A stretch of 64,000 nt of DNA from Candidatus Cloacimonadota bacterium (GCA_029564175.1 JAKQQL010000474.1:34441-98440), one strand, 5' to 3'; positions 1 to 11,529 are shown, counted from the first letter of the stretch. Notes: generated by a model not told the origin, from the letters alone. Numbers and translations: made by a program.

Positions 1-15
1 TGAGGGTGATTTATA

Positions 16-330
16 GTGATTAATGATCCGATCATTAGAATGATTCCAAATGATTATTATGATAAAATTAAGAAGAAGTTAAAAGGTCAGAAACGTTGCC
101 ATGGTTTAATTGTTCCAAATGATTTTGGAAGAACTCTAACATCTTTTGATGTAGAATTGTTGCAATCTATTCCAATTGATCTTTTAAAAGAAGTAGGCGA
201 ATCTCTTAATATGAAACCATTAATGGTTGTTGATGGGTTATTTAATAATTCATTTTCAATCAAAAAAGATTTGGTTTTTTTAAATGATTTGTCAAATTGC
301 CAAGTAGTGGAGGAAAACTTTCATGGCTAA
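16..330 (+). CDS. hypothetical phage protein
   Basis: ORF track; GAGG upstream; overlaps the start of the next gene. Confidence 0.55.
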   Translation: MINDPIIRMIPNDYYDKIKKKLKGQKRCHGLIVPNDFGRTLTSFDVELLQSIPIDLLKEVGESLNMKPLMVVDGLFNNSFSIKKDLVFLNDLSNCQVVEENFHG

Positions 331-3300
331 GTATTTGAAATTAGCAAGTTTAACAGGAAATCCATTGTATGTGTATGATTCAAGATATCAATCAGATACT
401 TCACATTATGAAGCTGATTTGATTAAACTATCTGGTATTGACAAATATGTTTTTATGGATGATGATGAAACAAAAGTATTTTCTGTTTTTGCAAATTGGA
501 TTCCGACAACTTGCAGTATCAGTTTGAAATTGCAATTTAACCCTCTTTTGTTAAGTAAAGATTTTAGTTTGTTTGGATATGGAAATGATTTAAATCTTAG
601 TAATTCATGGGGTCTTTTTGTAAAAGAAAATAAATTTCAATTATTGATTTCCAATGGATTGAATTATTTAACAGTAGTTTTCCCATCTTTTACGTTTGAC
701 AATAATTTTGACTTTGCAAAGAAATATAATTTGACATTCATTCAGAATGCTAAAACAGCTACAATTTATCTTGACAATAAAAAGATTGATTCTATTGAAT
801 TGCCTTTTTCATTGGTATCATCACAGATCAATTCAAAAATCTTTATTGGTTCTCTTGGTGATATTACAAGATATGATGCATTTATGGGAAAAATTTTTGA
901 GGTTGGTATCTGGGATAGAGAGCTATTTAATGAAGAAATTCAAGATTTGACCAATTTTAGAATTCAAGATAATCCAGCTCTTCAAACAAATGTAAAGAAG
1001 ATTAAGATTTATCAAGGTAAGATTTATTATGAAGGCATTTTTCATAATGTGCCAGAATCATCTGTTTATATTCAATGTCAAGGACTTGAAACAGTTGATC
1101 TTTGCATCAATGAAAAAATAATCACTGAAAATGATGATCCTGATTTATTGGATTCATCAGTTGATTATTTCAATTTCAATCGACCCGGCGCTCATAGGTT
1201 GTCTTATGAATATCAAGTAGTCAGAAATGCCAATCCTCAAAATTATGACATTGTCATTACACTGTTAAAATTCCTTGATGGCGTTAAAATCTTTGATTTA
1301 CTTGAGGAACAAAATGGCAAAACGGAATCAAATGTAGTTGTCCCAACTCCTGAAAGTTTGCCAGACAACCTTGCTGAAATTGTCATGGATATTACTGGCA
1401 ATTTTATTGTTGAAGGATTGGATGTTTCTATGGTTCAGGGAGTGGATAAATATACCCTTACATTAAATCCCGGTAAATACTATCTGAATGGCAAGAAATA
1501 TCAACTATCTTCACAAAGAACATTTGATATCCCAAAACAATTCCAGACACAGAAAGTTTATGGGGAACCAGTCAAATATATTGAAAATGATACTTATCGT
1601 ATAAATAAACAACCTTTGACAAAATCATCAACACCTGAAATTGTTATTCCTGTTGTTGAAAGAAATGTTATGATAACAAAGGGTATTCCGGGTGGACAGG
1701 ACAGTATTCAAGGATTTGGAAATATTATCAAACTCTTGAAAGTTCAAGATACCACAACATATCTCGAAGAGGGAAATACTTCAATCACCCCTTCTTGCCA
1801 ATTGACAGGAAATAAAATTGACTGGTCATTACCTGGCAATGAACCATCAGAAGGATCAACATATACGGCTAATTTTATTTACAATAAGCTTTTAATTGAA
1901 GGAAAAGATTATTATAGATGTTTAGGAAATAAGGTGCAAAAAGAAATTGTTTCTTATAATGCCAGTAATCTCTATCCTGTTTATTATGAACCCGAATTCA
2001 TTGTTAGAATTAAGAATGGTTCAATGATTTTTGACAATGATGATGTTGTGATTACTGGAAAAACAATTTCTTTCAAGAATCATTCTTCATTAAATAATAC
2101 ACAACCAATTGAAATTATTTACTCCTTTAGTTCACATTCATTCTTTAAGAATAAGTGGTCTATTTATTTTGATCCAACTTCTAATGAATTCAATGCAAAC
2201 TATTGGGGATACATTAATTATGACTATGATCTTGCTGACATTTATACATTGGCTATTTTTGGAAATAATTCAATTGGATTGGTAAAAGGATTGTCTGGAA
2301 ATTTGGATACGGTTTCAAAGGCCAATATTGACAAAAATTCATTGCCAATAACTGATATTTTGATTGATTCTTCTTCTTTCTCGGAAAACAATTCAATTAA
2401 AAAATATGAATGGAATAGAACACCTATATCACAAGTTGTTGAAAATTTAAGAAGAACGGAAAGACTTGAGGAACGAGTTATTTTGAGTTCCTTAGAAACT
2501 GAAGCTTCATCTTATGCTAGTGCTGATATTCTTAAAGGAACATTTACTGATAGTTTGGCCGATTATAATTATTCAAATATTTATCATCCTGAATTTACTG
2601 GCCATATTGATATGATTGATTCTCTTGGCAATCTTTGTTCTGGACTAGAAAAAAAAGTCTTTCAAACTGTTGGAAATGCAAATGCAAGATTTAAAGAATT
2701 TGGATACATGCCAATTGTTTCTCAACAGAATAATGAAACAATCCAGATTTCCGATGTATTGAAATTTGGTTCCAATACGGAATCAACATTTAAATCTATC
2801 AGTGTTTACAATGATTATGATTATATCAGTGAATCAAATGATCAATGGCCACAAAAATTTGTTGATAACATTCTTTTCAATCGTAGACCAATTATTCCAT
2901 CAACGATAAATACACAATCAACAAATGGAATGGACATTCAAAATCAGTCTTATTTGAAATCAATCACTGAAAAATTAAATAAGATGGTTCAATGGTCTTC
3001 TTTTAAAATGACCAATAAAGAATTAATTCTCGTTGGTATTAATCACAATTCATCGGAGTCCAATCTTTCTGTTTTGGTTGGCAATAAAGAAGTTCAATTG
3101 GAACAGGTTTCATTGTTGTTTGACAATATTAAACAACAATTTTATGTTCCAAATGTTCAAACAACAACGTCAACAAATAAAACTGTTTATATTTATGAAC
3201 CAATCCAAAGTGGCTCCGGTTGGATAGTTCAAGACAATAAAATAACCTGTAATCTCAATGGGGAATTTGTTGTTAAGGTAAAACTGGAAGGATTAAATAT

Positions 3301-5194
3301 TTCAACTGGATTGGTTGAATTAAAGGTTGTTGATGCATCACAAAATAAATCCACAATCACTTTGAATTGTAGTGGCATCAATAATAAGATTAGAAACATT
3401 TTAGTCAACAATAAAAGAATGGATGATAGTATTTTTGGTATTTCACCATTCATGAATCAGTCCAATCCTTTTTATGTTCAACCTTTTAAAGTAAATGAAT
3501 CCAGAATTCTGAACAATGTTTCGATTCTTTCAACATTTCTTGATTTTTCGAGGCCAATTGTTATTAGTATTCAAGAATTTGAAAATGGTAAGCCTGGTAA
3601 AATTCTTACTCAAAAAATCATTTCAAAGGAATCTGATGTTTCAATTACCAATGTCATTAATAGTTTAACACCGATACAAAAGATGAATGTCATTTTTAAT
3701 CAACCTGTAATTTTAAGACCTGATCAAACATATTGTATTGGTATTAATTCTAGTTCACCTTCGTTGAATATTGGTATCATCCAAAAAGGTCAACCATCAA
3801 TTTTTAATAATTTGATGATTACTAATCTGACACAAAATTATCCTCTTCGTCAATTGTTAGATGAGGATTCTTATAAGGTTCTTGAGAATATGGAATTGTC
3901 ATTTAATCTTGGAGTAAGTTCTGTGAGTGCTCCTGTTGTTAATGGATTTTATCAATCAGAAATTGTTTTTAAGGAAATCGAATTTCAGCCATCAGATAGA
4001 GGATATCATTTCTCTGTATTGATTGATGATTTGAATTATTTTGACAACCAAACAAAAGTTGATTATTATTACACCGTTGAAACTGAAAGCACTCCTGCTG
4101 GTGTGTATGGAACAATTTGGGAACAATTTTTGCCGTATACTGTAATTCAGAATAATTCAAAAATCATTAAACTTCAGATTAAAGCTGTATTAAAAACAAA
4201 GAACATTAATTATTCTCCAAGTGTTCACTTGTATCCATCTGTGGTAATTTATAAATATAAATCATCTTCTAACTATATTTCAAAAGCTTTTGAATTGTTT
4301 GAAAATAATGCTGACAACGTTAAAATTTACTTTGATGCTTATTTGCCAACTGATAACCTTTTAAAGATTTACGTGTCTCCAAATGATTCAAGTGATTGGA
4401 GAGAAATTGATTATTCAAATGAAATTTCAAAATCAAATGGAACATTTGCCAAGTTTACATATCTGACAAAATTGTCATTGTTGAAACCAAACATTTTAGA
4501 AATTTCAAAAGATGGTTCGGGTAGTTTAACGGGTAAGTATTATTATCGAGTGGCTTTGTTAGATAGGGATGGATTTGAAATTGGTTCTGAATTAGTAGAA
4601 ATTAATGGATGTTCGAATAATTCAGTGAAGTTAAAAATACAACCAGATAAAAACATGTATGGTTTTAAAGTTTATAGGGGAATTACTTCTATTCAATTGA
4701 ATCAGATTTATGATTCAACATCACATGCACTGTTAATACAAAATCTGGATAATCAATCAACAACAGTATTCTTAGATACAAATAAACTCATTGATTTCCC
4801 AAATTCTGGTAAAATTAGAATTGACAATGAAATTATGACATTTACAAAATCTGGAAATGCTTTAACAGTTGTTCGTGGGTCTGATTCAACCAGAATTGAA
4901 AAACATGATGCCAATGGTGTCAGAGAAGCTTATTTGTGGGATCACGGAACAATTATTCAGGAATCATTAAATGGTCAATGTCCATCATTAATACAAGATG
5001 GAAATATATTCTATTTCAATTTTGTTGATAATGGTTCAAAATATTCTACTAATACTACAAAGGTATTTGTTCCTTCATCTACAAACCAAACTTCTATTTA
5101 TCCCAAGTATATTTTGGTGAAGATTCAAATGATTAATAATTTGTTAAAAGATACTCCTTTAATCAAGAACTTGATTGTCAATGCCTTGGTTTAA
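323..5194 (+). CDS. large virion structural protein (DUF4815-like baseplate/tail protein) with a LamG/concanavalin-A-like domain near the N-terminus
   Basis: 1623 aa; PGAHRL, GNFIVEG and FTDSLAD motifs shared with the downstream paralog; LamG-like FIGS..FMGKIFEVGIWDREL. Confidence 0.7.
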   Translation: MAKYLKLASLTGNPLYVYDSRYQSDTSHYEADLIKLSGIDKYVFMDDDETKVFSVFANWIPTTCSISLKLQFNPLLLSKDFSLFGYGNDLNLSNSWGLFVKENKFQLLISNGLNYLTVVFPSFTFDNNFDFAKKYNLTFIQNAKTATIYLDNKKIDSIELPFSLVSSQINSKIFIGSLGDITRYDAFMGKIFEVGIWDRELFNEEIQDLTNFRIQDNPALQTNVKKIKIYQGKIYYEGIFHNVPESSVYIQCQGLETVDLCINEKIITENDDPDLLDSSVDYFNFNRPGAHRLSYEYQVVRNANPQNYDIVITLLKFLDGVKIFDLLEEQNGKTESNVVVPTPESLPDNLAEIVMDITGNFIVEGLDVSMVQGVDKYTLTLNPGKYYLNGKKYQLSSQRTFDIPKQFQTQKVYGEPVKYIENDTYRINKQPLTKSSTPEIVIPVVERNVMITKGIPGGQDSIQGFGNIIKLLKVQDTTTYLEEGNTSITPSCQLTGNKIDWSLPGNEPSEGSTYTANFIYNKLLIEGKDYYRCLGNKVQKEIVSYNASNLYPVYYEPEFIVRIKNGSMIFDNDDVVITGKTISFKNHSSLNNTQPIEIIYSFSSHSFFKNKWSIYFDPTSNEFNANYWGYINYDYDLADIYTLAIFGNNSIGLVKGLSGNLDTVSKANIDKNSLPITDILIDSSSFSENNSIKKYEWNRTPISQVVENLRRTERLEERVILSSLETEASSYASADILKGTFTDSLADYNYSNIYHPEFTGHIDMIDSLGNLCSGLEKKVFQTVGNANARFKEFGYMPIVSQQNNETIQISDVLKFGSNTESTFKSISVYNDYDYISESNDQWPQKFVDNILFNRRPIIPSTINTQSTNGMDIQNQSYLKSITEKLNKMVQWSSFKMTNKELILVGINHNSSESNLSVLVGNKEVQLEQVSLLFDNIKQQFYVPNVQTTTSTNKTVYIYEPIQSGSGWIVQDNKITCNLNGEFVVKVKLEGLNISTGLVELKVVDASQNKSTITLNCSGINNKIRNILVNNKRMDDSIFGISPFMNQSNPFYVQPFKVNESRILNNVSILSTFLDFSRPIVISIQEFENGKPGKILTQKIISKESDVSITNVINSLTPIQKMNVIFNQPVILRPDQTYCIGINSSSPSLNIGIIQKGQPSIFNNLMITNLTQNYPLRQLLDEDSYKVLENMELSFNLGVSSVSAPVVNGFYQSEIVFKEIEFQPSDRGYHFSVLIDDLNYFDNQTKVDYYYTVETESTPAGVYGTIWEQFLPYTVIQNNSKIIKLQIKAVLKTKNINYSPSVHLYPSVVIYKYKSSSNYISKAFELFENNADNVKIYFDAYLPTDNLLKIYVSPNDSSDWREIDYSNEISKSNGTFAKFTYLTKLSLLKPNILEISKDGSGSLTGKYYYRVALLDRDGFEIGSELVEINGCSNNSVKLKIQPDKNMYGFKVYRGITSIQLNQIYDSTSHALLIQNLDNQSTTVFLDTNKLIDFPNSGKIRIDNEIMTFTKSGNALTVVRGSDSTRIEKHDANGVREAYLWDHGTIIQESLNGQCPSLIQDGNIFYFNFVDNGSKYSTNTTKVFVPSSTNQTSIYPKYILVKIQMINNLLKDTPLIKNLIVNALV

Positions 5195-5212
5195 TAAAGA
5201 GAGGTATATTAA

Positions 5213-8200
5213 ATGAAATCAATTATGGATGCTACTAGGAAGCCGTATTATGATTCATCGGCTGAAGAAATAAGTAAAGGATATGTCAAATTATTGTCAG
5301 TTCCCGGAAGAACATTACAAAATAGAGAATTGAATGTAATGACCGGATTGACAATGGAACATATCAAAAATATTGGGGATAACATTTTAACAAATGGAAC
5401 GGTTGTGTCTGGATGCTCTTTCTTTCTCCGAGAAGATATAGGGAGAGCATCCCTTTCCAATGGTAAAATTTATGTTGATGGATATATCATTGATATTCCG
5501 AATGCTGAATGGCCCATTGAAGATGTTATTGAAGGTGTCAAATTTATTTGTGTTGAAATCCATCAAATGGCAATTACCGAAGAAGATGACCCATTATTAA
5601 AAGACCCTGCTGAAAAGTATGAAAACTATGGTGAACCAGGCGCTCATAGATTGAAAATTATTTCTGTTCCATTAATCTTTACGGAAGAGGAATTGAAAAT
5701 TGCTCAGTCTGGTTCCAGAAGAATCATTGATATTTTGAAATTGATTAATGGGCGTCTTATTGGCCCAACTAAACCAAAACCTGCTTTTGGTAAAATGTAT
5801 GATTATCTTGCTCATAGAACATTTGATGAAGTTGGCAATTTTATTGTCAAGGGAATGAAAGTTTCCTGTTCTTCTGATGAATCAACGATTGAAAGATACA
5901 AGATCAATATTACTCCCGGCAGAGCTTATGTAATGGGATATGAATACAGTTATGATAATCAAAATATCAAAAATAAATCTGCCATTGATAGTAAAAATTC
6001 AACAGTTGATGAAGTGAGAACATTTACTTCTTCGGTTAAAGAATATAAACTGTTTAAACCAAATGTCAAGCTTATTGAAAAAATTCAATGTCAAGTTCGA
6101 AATAATAACTTCCAAGTTATTCGATCAGTTTCAGGCTCCATGTCTGATATTTTGAAACTTGATTCTGTAAAAGAAATTCATCAGATTTTTCAAGGGAATA
6201 ATGTTTATGTAAATGGAAGAGATTGGACAAGGGATGGTAATTCAATTGTGTGGTTATCATCAAATAGACCTGCTTCTGGTTCAACATTCTTTGTTGATAT
6301 TTCCTATATAAGAAGATATTATGAAGGTGTTGATTATTCTCTTTCTGTTGATGATGACAATTATACCATCATAATGTTTCAAGTTGATCCAGAAGAAAAT
6401 TCGGATTTTACCATTACTTATACTTGGTATCTTTCACGTTATGATTTAGTTTATATTGACATTTCTGGTGAGTTAAAAGTAATTTCTGGTATTGCTGGTG
6501 AAGAGTGGGAAATAACAGTTCCACAAATTCCAATTAATACTCTTCCATTGGCTTATATCTATGTCAAACCAGGCAAACAACCATCAAGTTATTCAGTTCA
6601 AATGTTTAATATTTATAGAGTTTCGGTTGTTGATCAAAGAGCCAATATTGATAGACTTAACAATTTGGAATTCAATTTAGCTATGACAGCACTTGAAACA
6701 GAAGCCCAAAAGATACATGAACAGAAAGATGAATCACAATCAAGTGGTAATTTAAAAGGTATTTATGTTGATTCATTTGCTGATTTTTCAAGATCAGACT
6801 ATTATCATCCTGATTATAGAGCAGGCATTAATATCTTTGAACAAGAATTAAGATTACCACTGGTTTCTGAAATTCTTGGTGTTAAGGAAATTGAAAACAA
6901 TCAAATCATTGATACATCCTCTACTACATTCAATAATGATTATATGATTTCTCTTCCTTATTCTGAAATGGCAATTGACTGGCAAAGATATGCAACAGAT
7001 TCAATTGATTTGAATCCTTATAATTTGATTCCATTGAAACCAATCTTGGAAGTTAAACCGCCATATTCAGTAAAGATTGAAGAACGTATTGCTAGAGATA
7101 CAGAAGTTATTTTACCATTAAAGACATTTATGTCAAGTTCAACAATTCGAAATTCTACATCAAGAACCGTTAGCACATCAACAACGGTTGGAAGTGGAAA
7201 TACTGTTATTAGTAGTTGGAGTTCTGTTTCAACATCATCAACAACTTCAACATCAACTTCAAGATCAGTTAAAAATGAAACATTTAAAAATATTTCAATG
7301 AAATTTCTTGAGGATTTAGATACTGGATTGATGCCACAAGAAACATTGAGAATCAAGGGAAGGAATTTTATTCCATTTTCAGAAGTGCGATTGAATTTTA
7401 ATGATGTTTTAATTACTTCTTTCAATCTCTTGCCAAATATGGGCACTGTCGGAAGTTTGCCATATCAGATTAAAACAAATAGTCGTGGGGAATTCGAATT
7501 AGATTTCAAAACGCCTGTTGCAACATCAACTGGAACAAAGTTGATTATGGTGGCTGAATATAAACAAATCAACAATGTATGGCAATCAACTGACACTGTT
7601 GCCATTACTTCTTATACTGGACTTTCTTTTATTCGTGAAATGGAAAGAATTACAGAAGTTCAGAACATTCAAAGAATCTACGATACTATGTATATCAACA
7701 CTTTGAATACTACAACTGTTAGTGTTGTTAATCAATTAGGATGGACATGGCGAGGCGATCCATTGGCACAATCTTTCTGGTTTGATGAAGATACATTCAT
7801 TTCAAGTTTTGATTTGTTCTTTGAATCAAAGCCTGAAAATCCAGAGATTAAAGAAATTTGGTATATGATTAGGGAAATATCTGGTGGGGAACCAAATGGC
7901 CCAATTCTTTATAGATCAACTTTGCGATGGGAAGATATTAAAACTTCGCCAGATGCAACAATTCCAACAAACTTTAAATTCAATTTCCCAATATATTGTC
8001 AACCTTCAAAAGAATACGCTTTGATTGTTGGCTGTGATAGGCCGGGATATAAGATTTATTTTGCTAAGATGAGTAATAAAGATATCATGACAAATACTTT
8101 ATTACAGTCTCAAACACATAAGGGAACAATGTTTACATCTTCAAATAATGTTTCATGGACGACACATCAAGACCAAGACTTAACATTTACACTCTATCGT

Positions 8201-8545
8201 GCTAAATTCAATCCGATTGGAACATTGCTATTTAAACCATTGTCATTATCTCTTGGGAAATTTTCACTCATGAATATTTCATTTGATTCTATCGTTTTGG
8301 AAGAGACAGAAATCAAAACAACATACCAAATTAATAATAAAGAATGGTATATTTGTCCATTGTCCGAATCAATTTCAATAGAATCGAATTATGATGACAG
8401 ACAAGATATCATTTTTAAATTCGAATTGTCAACTTCTGATGATAGAAAGACACCATTTATCAATTTAAATACTCTTTCAATGTTGTTTGCTAAATATGGA
8501 TTGACTGGGTCTTATATTATGAGAAGCATGGAAATTCCAAATTAA
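5213..8545 (+). CDS. DUF4815-like virion structural protein (baseplate/tail)
   Basis: PYYD, PGRTLQNRELN, PGAHRLKI, RTFDEVGNF, DPLAQSF motifs and S/T-rich linker typical of this family; GAGG RBS. Confidence 0.75.
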   Translation: MKSIMDATRKPYYDSSAEEISKGYVKLLSVPGRTLQNRELNVMTGLTMEHIKNIGDNILTNGTVVSGCSFFLREDIGRASLSNGKIYVDGYIIDIPNAEWPIEDVIEGVKFICVEIHQMAITEEDDPLLKDPAEKYENYGEPGAHRLKIISVPLIFTEEELKIAQSGSRRIIDILKLINGRLIGPTKPKPAFGKMYDYLAHRTFDEVGNFIVKGMKVSCSSDESTIERYKINITPGRAYVMGYEYSYDNQNIKNKSAIDSKNSTVDEVRTFTSSVKEYKLFKPNVKLIEKIQCQVRNNNFQVIRSVSGSMSDILKLDSVKEIHQIFQGNNVYVNGRDWTRDGNSIVWLSSNRPASGSTFFVDISYIRRYYEGVDYSLSVDDDNYTIIMFQVDPEENSDFTITYTWYLSRYDLVYIDISGELKVISGIAGEEWEITVPQIPINTLPLAYIYVKPGKQPSSYSVQMFNIYRVSVVDQRANIDRLNNLEFNLAMTALETEAQKIHEQKDESQSSGNLKGIYVDSFADFSRSDYYHPDYRAGINIFEQELRLPLVSEILGVKEIENNQIIDTSSTTFNNDYMISLPYSEMAIDWQRYATDSIDLNPYNLIPLKPILEVKPPYSVKIEERIARDTEVILPLKTFMSSSTIRNSTSRTVSTSTTVGSGNTVISSWSSVSTSSTTSTSTSRSVKNETFKNISMKFLEDLDTGLMPQETLRIKGRNFIPFSEVRLNFNDVLITSFNLLPNMGTVGSLPYQIKTNSRGEFELDFKTPVATSTGTKLIMVAEYKQINNVWQSTDTVAITSYTGLSFIREMERITEVQNIQRIYDTMYINTLNTTTVSVVNQLGWTWRGDPLAQSFWFDEDTFISSFDLFFESKPENPEIKEIWYMIREISGGEPNGPILYRSTLRWEDIKTSPDATIPTNFKFNFPIYCQPSKEYALIVGCDRPGYKIYFAKMSNKDIMTNTLLQSQTHKGTMFTSSNNVSWTTHQDQDLTFTLYRAKFNPIGTLLFKPLSLSLGKFSLMNISFDSIVLEETEIKTTYQINNKEWYICPLSESISIESNYDDRQDIIFKFELSTSDDRKTPFINLNTLSMLFAKYGLTGSYIMRSMEIPN

Positions 8546-8557
8546 AGGTGATTAAAT

Positions 8558-11080
8558 ATGGTTGTTCAAAATCCTGTTCAAAATCAAATTCAAACTAGTG
8601 AATTTATGAATAAAATTAGAGTTGTATGGAAGGAGAGTGTGGATAGATCAATTCACACTCTTTCACCAAGTTTATCATTTGATGGTGGGTTGTATTGGAT
8701 TTCATTGAGTGAAAATGTAAATGCAATGAGACAACAAGAAGTTGTTTCAACTGATACAATGGAAAGAAAATCATTAGGTGATAATTATTATCAAATGGAT
8801 GTTTGTATTAGTCCAACTCCTGTTGTTATTCCATTCATTGAAAGAGTTGAAATTAAAAATTCAGCTTTTGGCTTTGCAAGTGGTAAGAAATGGTATTTTG
8901 CGGTTGCATCGGAATCTTATGATGTTCCGAATATCTCAAAAGAAGATGGATCAATTAGAAATACCTATTTCCATTCACCACTATCTAAAATTGAATGTGT
9001 TGATTTGACTAATAAAACTGGAAATTTTGAAATTGATCTTTTTGTAAAATACCCTGATTTTATCAATGGTATTCTTGTTTACGTTGGAGAATCGCCAGAA
9101 TCAATGGTTCTTTATCAACATACAAATATGGCTACTGAAATTTTTGACAATGGATCAACACAATCTCCTTATTTCATTACGGAAAGTGATAATATTATCT
9201 ATTTGAGAAATGCTGATTATTTTCCGAAAACTAACGGGGTTATTAAAATTGATTCCGAATATATTCAATACTCTCTTCTTGAGTCCGTAGAAAATGTTTT
9301 AACCACTGGAATACCCGGTTATAAAATGACTGTTGCTCAAAGGGGATATTGGGGAACAAAACCGGAAAAACACTATTCCATGAATCAAAATCCTGTTCTG
9401 TTAGCTAATCACAGGTTTGGTGGACAATATGGTGAGATTGCACCAAAGATTTGGCCTAAGCTTCAAATGGTGCCAAATTTGATCCAATATCTTCCTTTTG
9501 ATAATAGCGATTATTCAAATTATTTGATAAAAGACCCAGATACAACTTCTGAAGTTCTTATGCAAGATGTTTTGGAAGTTCCAGCAAATCAAAATGGATT
9601 ATCTTTTTCAAAAGAAATTTCCATTACACAATTTGGGCAATCATTAAAAATGAACAGTATTTCTTGTTTGAATCCAAATATTGCTTGGACAAAGATTAAT
9701 TCTGCTGGCGAAACGGAAGTTGTAAATGGTTTGCCTGCTAGTGGAACAATTCATTTTTATGTTGCTCTTGATTCTTTGCCAAAGCCATCAGAGAATGGAA
9801 TATTTGAAGAGGACAAATTCTTATTTGGAGAAGATTCAAAACTTTGGATGAGAGTATCAAATAAAACAATGAAACCATATCTTGGATTTGGTGTAAAAGA
9901 GAATGGATTATTTACCGATAAGAATCTTTCTTTGGAAAATGATTCAAGTGTTCCTTCATTGAAAATTGGTCAATTTACGGAAATTGCTGTTGCATGGGAC
10001 ACTGAGATTGATTCTTCAAATAAAGCTGTCAAACAAATTTATTTTTATGTAGACAATGAATTGATTGACACATATTCAATTCCAAATGATCCTAATTTGG
10101 GTGCACCTTTCTTAGGTGCCTGTAAGCAAACTAAAAATAGTAATATTCCTCTTCATATTTTCAAAGGCTATATTGATGAGTGGAGAGTATTTAATCGTTG
10201 TTTAGATCAAGATGATTTAATTGAATTGAGTCAATTTGTCAAAACATCAAATAGAGATTATTGTGGCAAATATAGTTTATTTGATGATTCCCAGTATAAA
10301 TTTTTAGCTAAACCATATTTTGAAATCAGTGCATCACCAATTGCAACAATTTCTTTAACAAAAGATCAATATCCAAATATTTTTAATGATTTTAATGATT
10401 TTAATGATGATTGTGTGTGTATTTATTTTGGAAATGTTAAACAAACAAATGGGTATACAGTTTCAAAAGATACGAATCAAATTACAATCACATTTAGCCC
10501 AACTGTTCCGGTTAATACCAGAGTTGGTGTTTTTTCAAATAGTATTAACAAATATGAACCAAAATATAAACTCTTGGTAAATGGATTATTGAACGATACT
10601 CATAATAGTATTTCTCCTTCATATTCAAAATTAGTTGTTGAAAATGTGCAAGGAGAATTATTGCCAAGTGGTATGGATTTAGGTAAATTGGAAAACGTTT
10701 TTATTGATGCCATGTCTAAAAAAGATTTGTATATTTATGAAAGAACTGGCACAAGCCCAAATTATGTTTATACACTCTATTCAAATTGGGATGTAGAACC
10801 GTTAAATGGTGTTCAAGATAAATATAAATTTACTTTTGGAAATGCTTCATCCAAAACATTAGTATTTTATTTTTCACCACAAACAGACGTATCTTTACAA
10901 TTAAATAATTGGGCCCTTGAACTTGGATATGATTATGACAATCAACAAATTCCATACCCAATTAAATCAAATAATTTGAAATTGAAAATGGATATGTCTT
11001 CCTTGAGTATTTTTAGCACTCCGAAGGTAAAAGAGCTCTTTTTGATTGTGTCAAAAACATCTATGCCTGATATGTTATAA
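8558..11080 (+). CDS. virion structural protein with LamG-like domain
   Basis: QYLPFD...FKGYIDEWRVFNRCL; IKIDSEYIQY...VAQRG..GT repeat resembling KIRIDNEIMTF...VVRG in 323..5194. Confidence 0.65.
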   Translation: MVVQNPVQNQIQTSEFMNKIRVVWKESVDRSIHTLSPSLSFDGGLYWISLSENVNAMRQQEVVSTDTMERKSLGDNYYQMDVCISPTPVVIPFIERVEIKNSAFGFASGKKWYFAVASESYDVPNISKEDGSIRNTYFHSPLSKIECVDLTNKTGNFEIDLFVKYPDFINGILVYVGESPESMVLYQHTNMATEIFDNGSTQSPYFITESDNIIYLRNADYFPKTNGVIKIDSEYIQYSLLESVENVLTTGIPGYKMTVAQRGYWGTKPEKHYSMNQNPVLLANHRFGGQYGEIAPKIWPKLQMVPNLIQYLPFDNSDYSNYLIKDPDTTSEVLMQDVLEVPANQNGLSFSKEISITQFGQSLKMNSISCLNPNIAWTKINSAGETEVVNGLPASGTIHFYVALDSLPKPSENGIFEEDKFLFGEDSKLWMRVSNKTMKPYLGFGVKENGLFTDKNLSLENDSSVPSLKIGQFTEIAVAWDTEIDSSNKAVKQIYFYVDNELIDTYSIPNDPNLGAPFLGACKQTKNSNIPLHIFKGYIDEWRVFNRCLDQDDLIELSQFVKTSNRDYCGKYSLFDDSQYKFLAKPYFEISASPIATISLTKDQYPNIFNDFNDFNDDCVCIYFGNVKQTNGYTVSKDTNQITITFSPTVPVNTRVGVFSNSINKYEPKYKLLVNGLLNDTHNSISPSYSKLVVENVQGELLPSGMDLGKLENVFIDAMSKKDLYIYERTGTSPNYVYTLYSNWDVEPLNGVQDKYKFTFGNASSKTLVFYFSPQTDVSLQLNNWALELGYDYDNQQIPYPIKSNNLKLKMDMSSLSIFSTPKVKELFLIVSKTSMPDML

Positions 11081-11096
11081 TGAAAGGAAATTCAAC

Positions 11097-11300
11097 ATGG
11101 CAGTTAAAAAAAGAGACCCTATTAGTGGGGCTATCATATATGAACAGACGGCTGAAGAGAAATTAACAGAGAATTTAAGATTAGAGATTAAAACATTAAA
11201 AAAAGAAGTTTCCAATCTTAAAGACTTTCGGGTTCAATCCATAGCTTTGATACAACAATTGACTGAACGAATTGATAAATTGGAAAATGGGGGTAATTAA
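11097..11300 (+). CDS. small coiled-coil protein, probably virion-associated
   Basis: ATG at 11097 after AAGGA; MAVKKRDPISGAIIY then coiled coil. Confidence 0.6.
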   Translation: MAVKKRDPISGAIIYEQTAEEKLTENLRLEIKTLKKEVSNLKDFRVQSIALIQQLTERIDKLENGGN

Positions 11301-11468
11301 ATGCCCAATTATCATGGCAATTTTAAAATTGATGATTTGAACATTGCTCAATTTTTAAATGAATTGGAAATTGTTCTGTTAGAACTAATGGATAAAAATG
11401 GGATTGATCCTAAAGACTTTAAATTATTTAAACAAATAGGTGCACATTATACGGTCAAAAAAGATTGA
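11301..11468 (+). CDS. small hypothetical protein (55 aa, MPNYHGNFKIDD...), not in ORF track
   Basis: ATG directly after the TAA of the previous gene; open to TGA at 11466-11468. Confidence 0.55.
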   Translation: MPNYHGNFKIDDLNIAQFLNELEIVLLELMDKNGIDPKDFKLFKQIGAHYTVKKD

Positions 11469-11495
11469 TCCTATAAATAAAAAGAGAATAAAATT

Positions 11496-11529
11496 AAATT
11501 GGTGGTGGAGATTCTGCCGCCAATTTTTT
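11496..11529 (+). terminator. probable intrinsic terminator
   Basis: AAATTGGTGGTGG..CTGCCGCCAATTT stem followed by T run. Confidence 0.55.

Noticed and set aside
7130..7270. Ser/Thr-rich low-complexity tract and a long antisense ORF
   Set aside because: Ordinary linker in this structural protein type; the antisense ORF is a by-product
10382..10408. TTTAATGAT x3 (FND FND FND)
   Set aside because: Short in-frame slippage repeat with no further structure
11472..11479. TATAAATA, a T4 late promoter match upstream of the tail fiber gene
   Set aside because: Single convincing instance in very AT-rich DNA and upstream of a terminator-like hairpin; not enough to call a late promoter class
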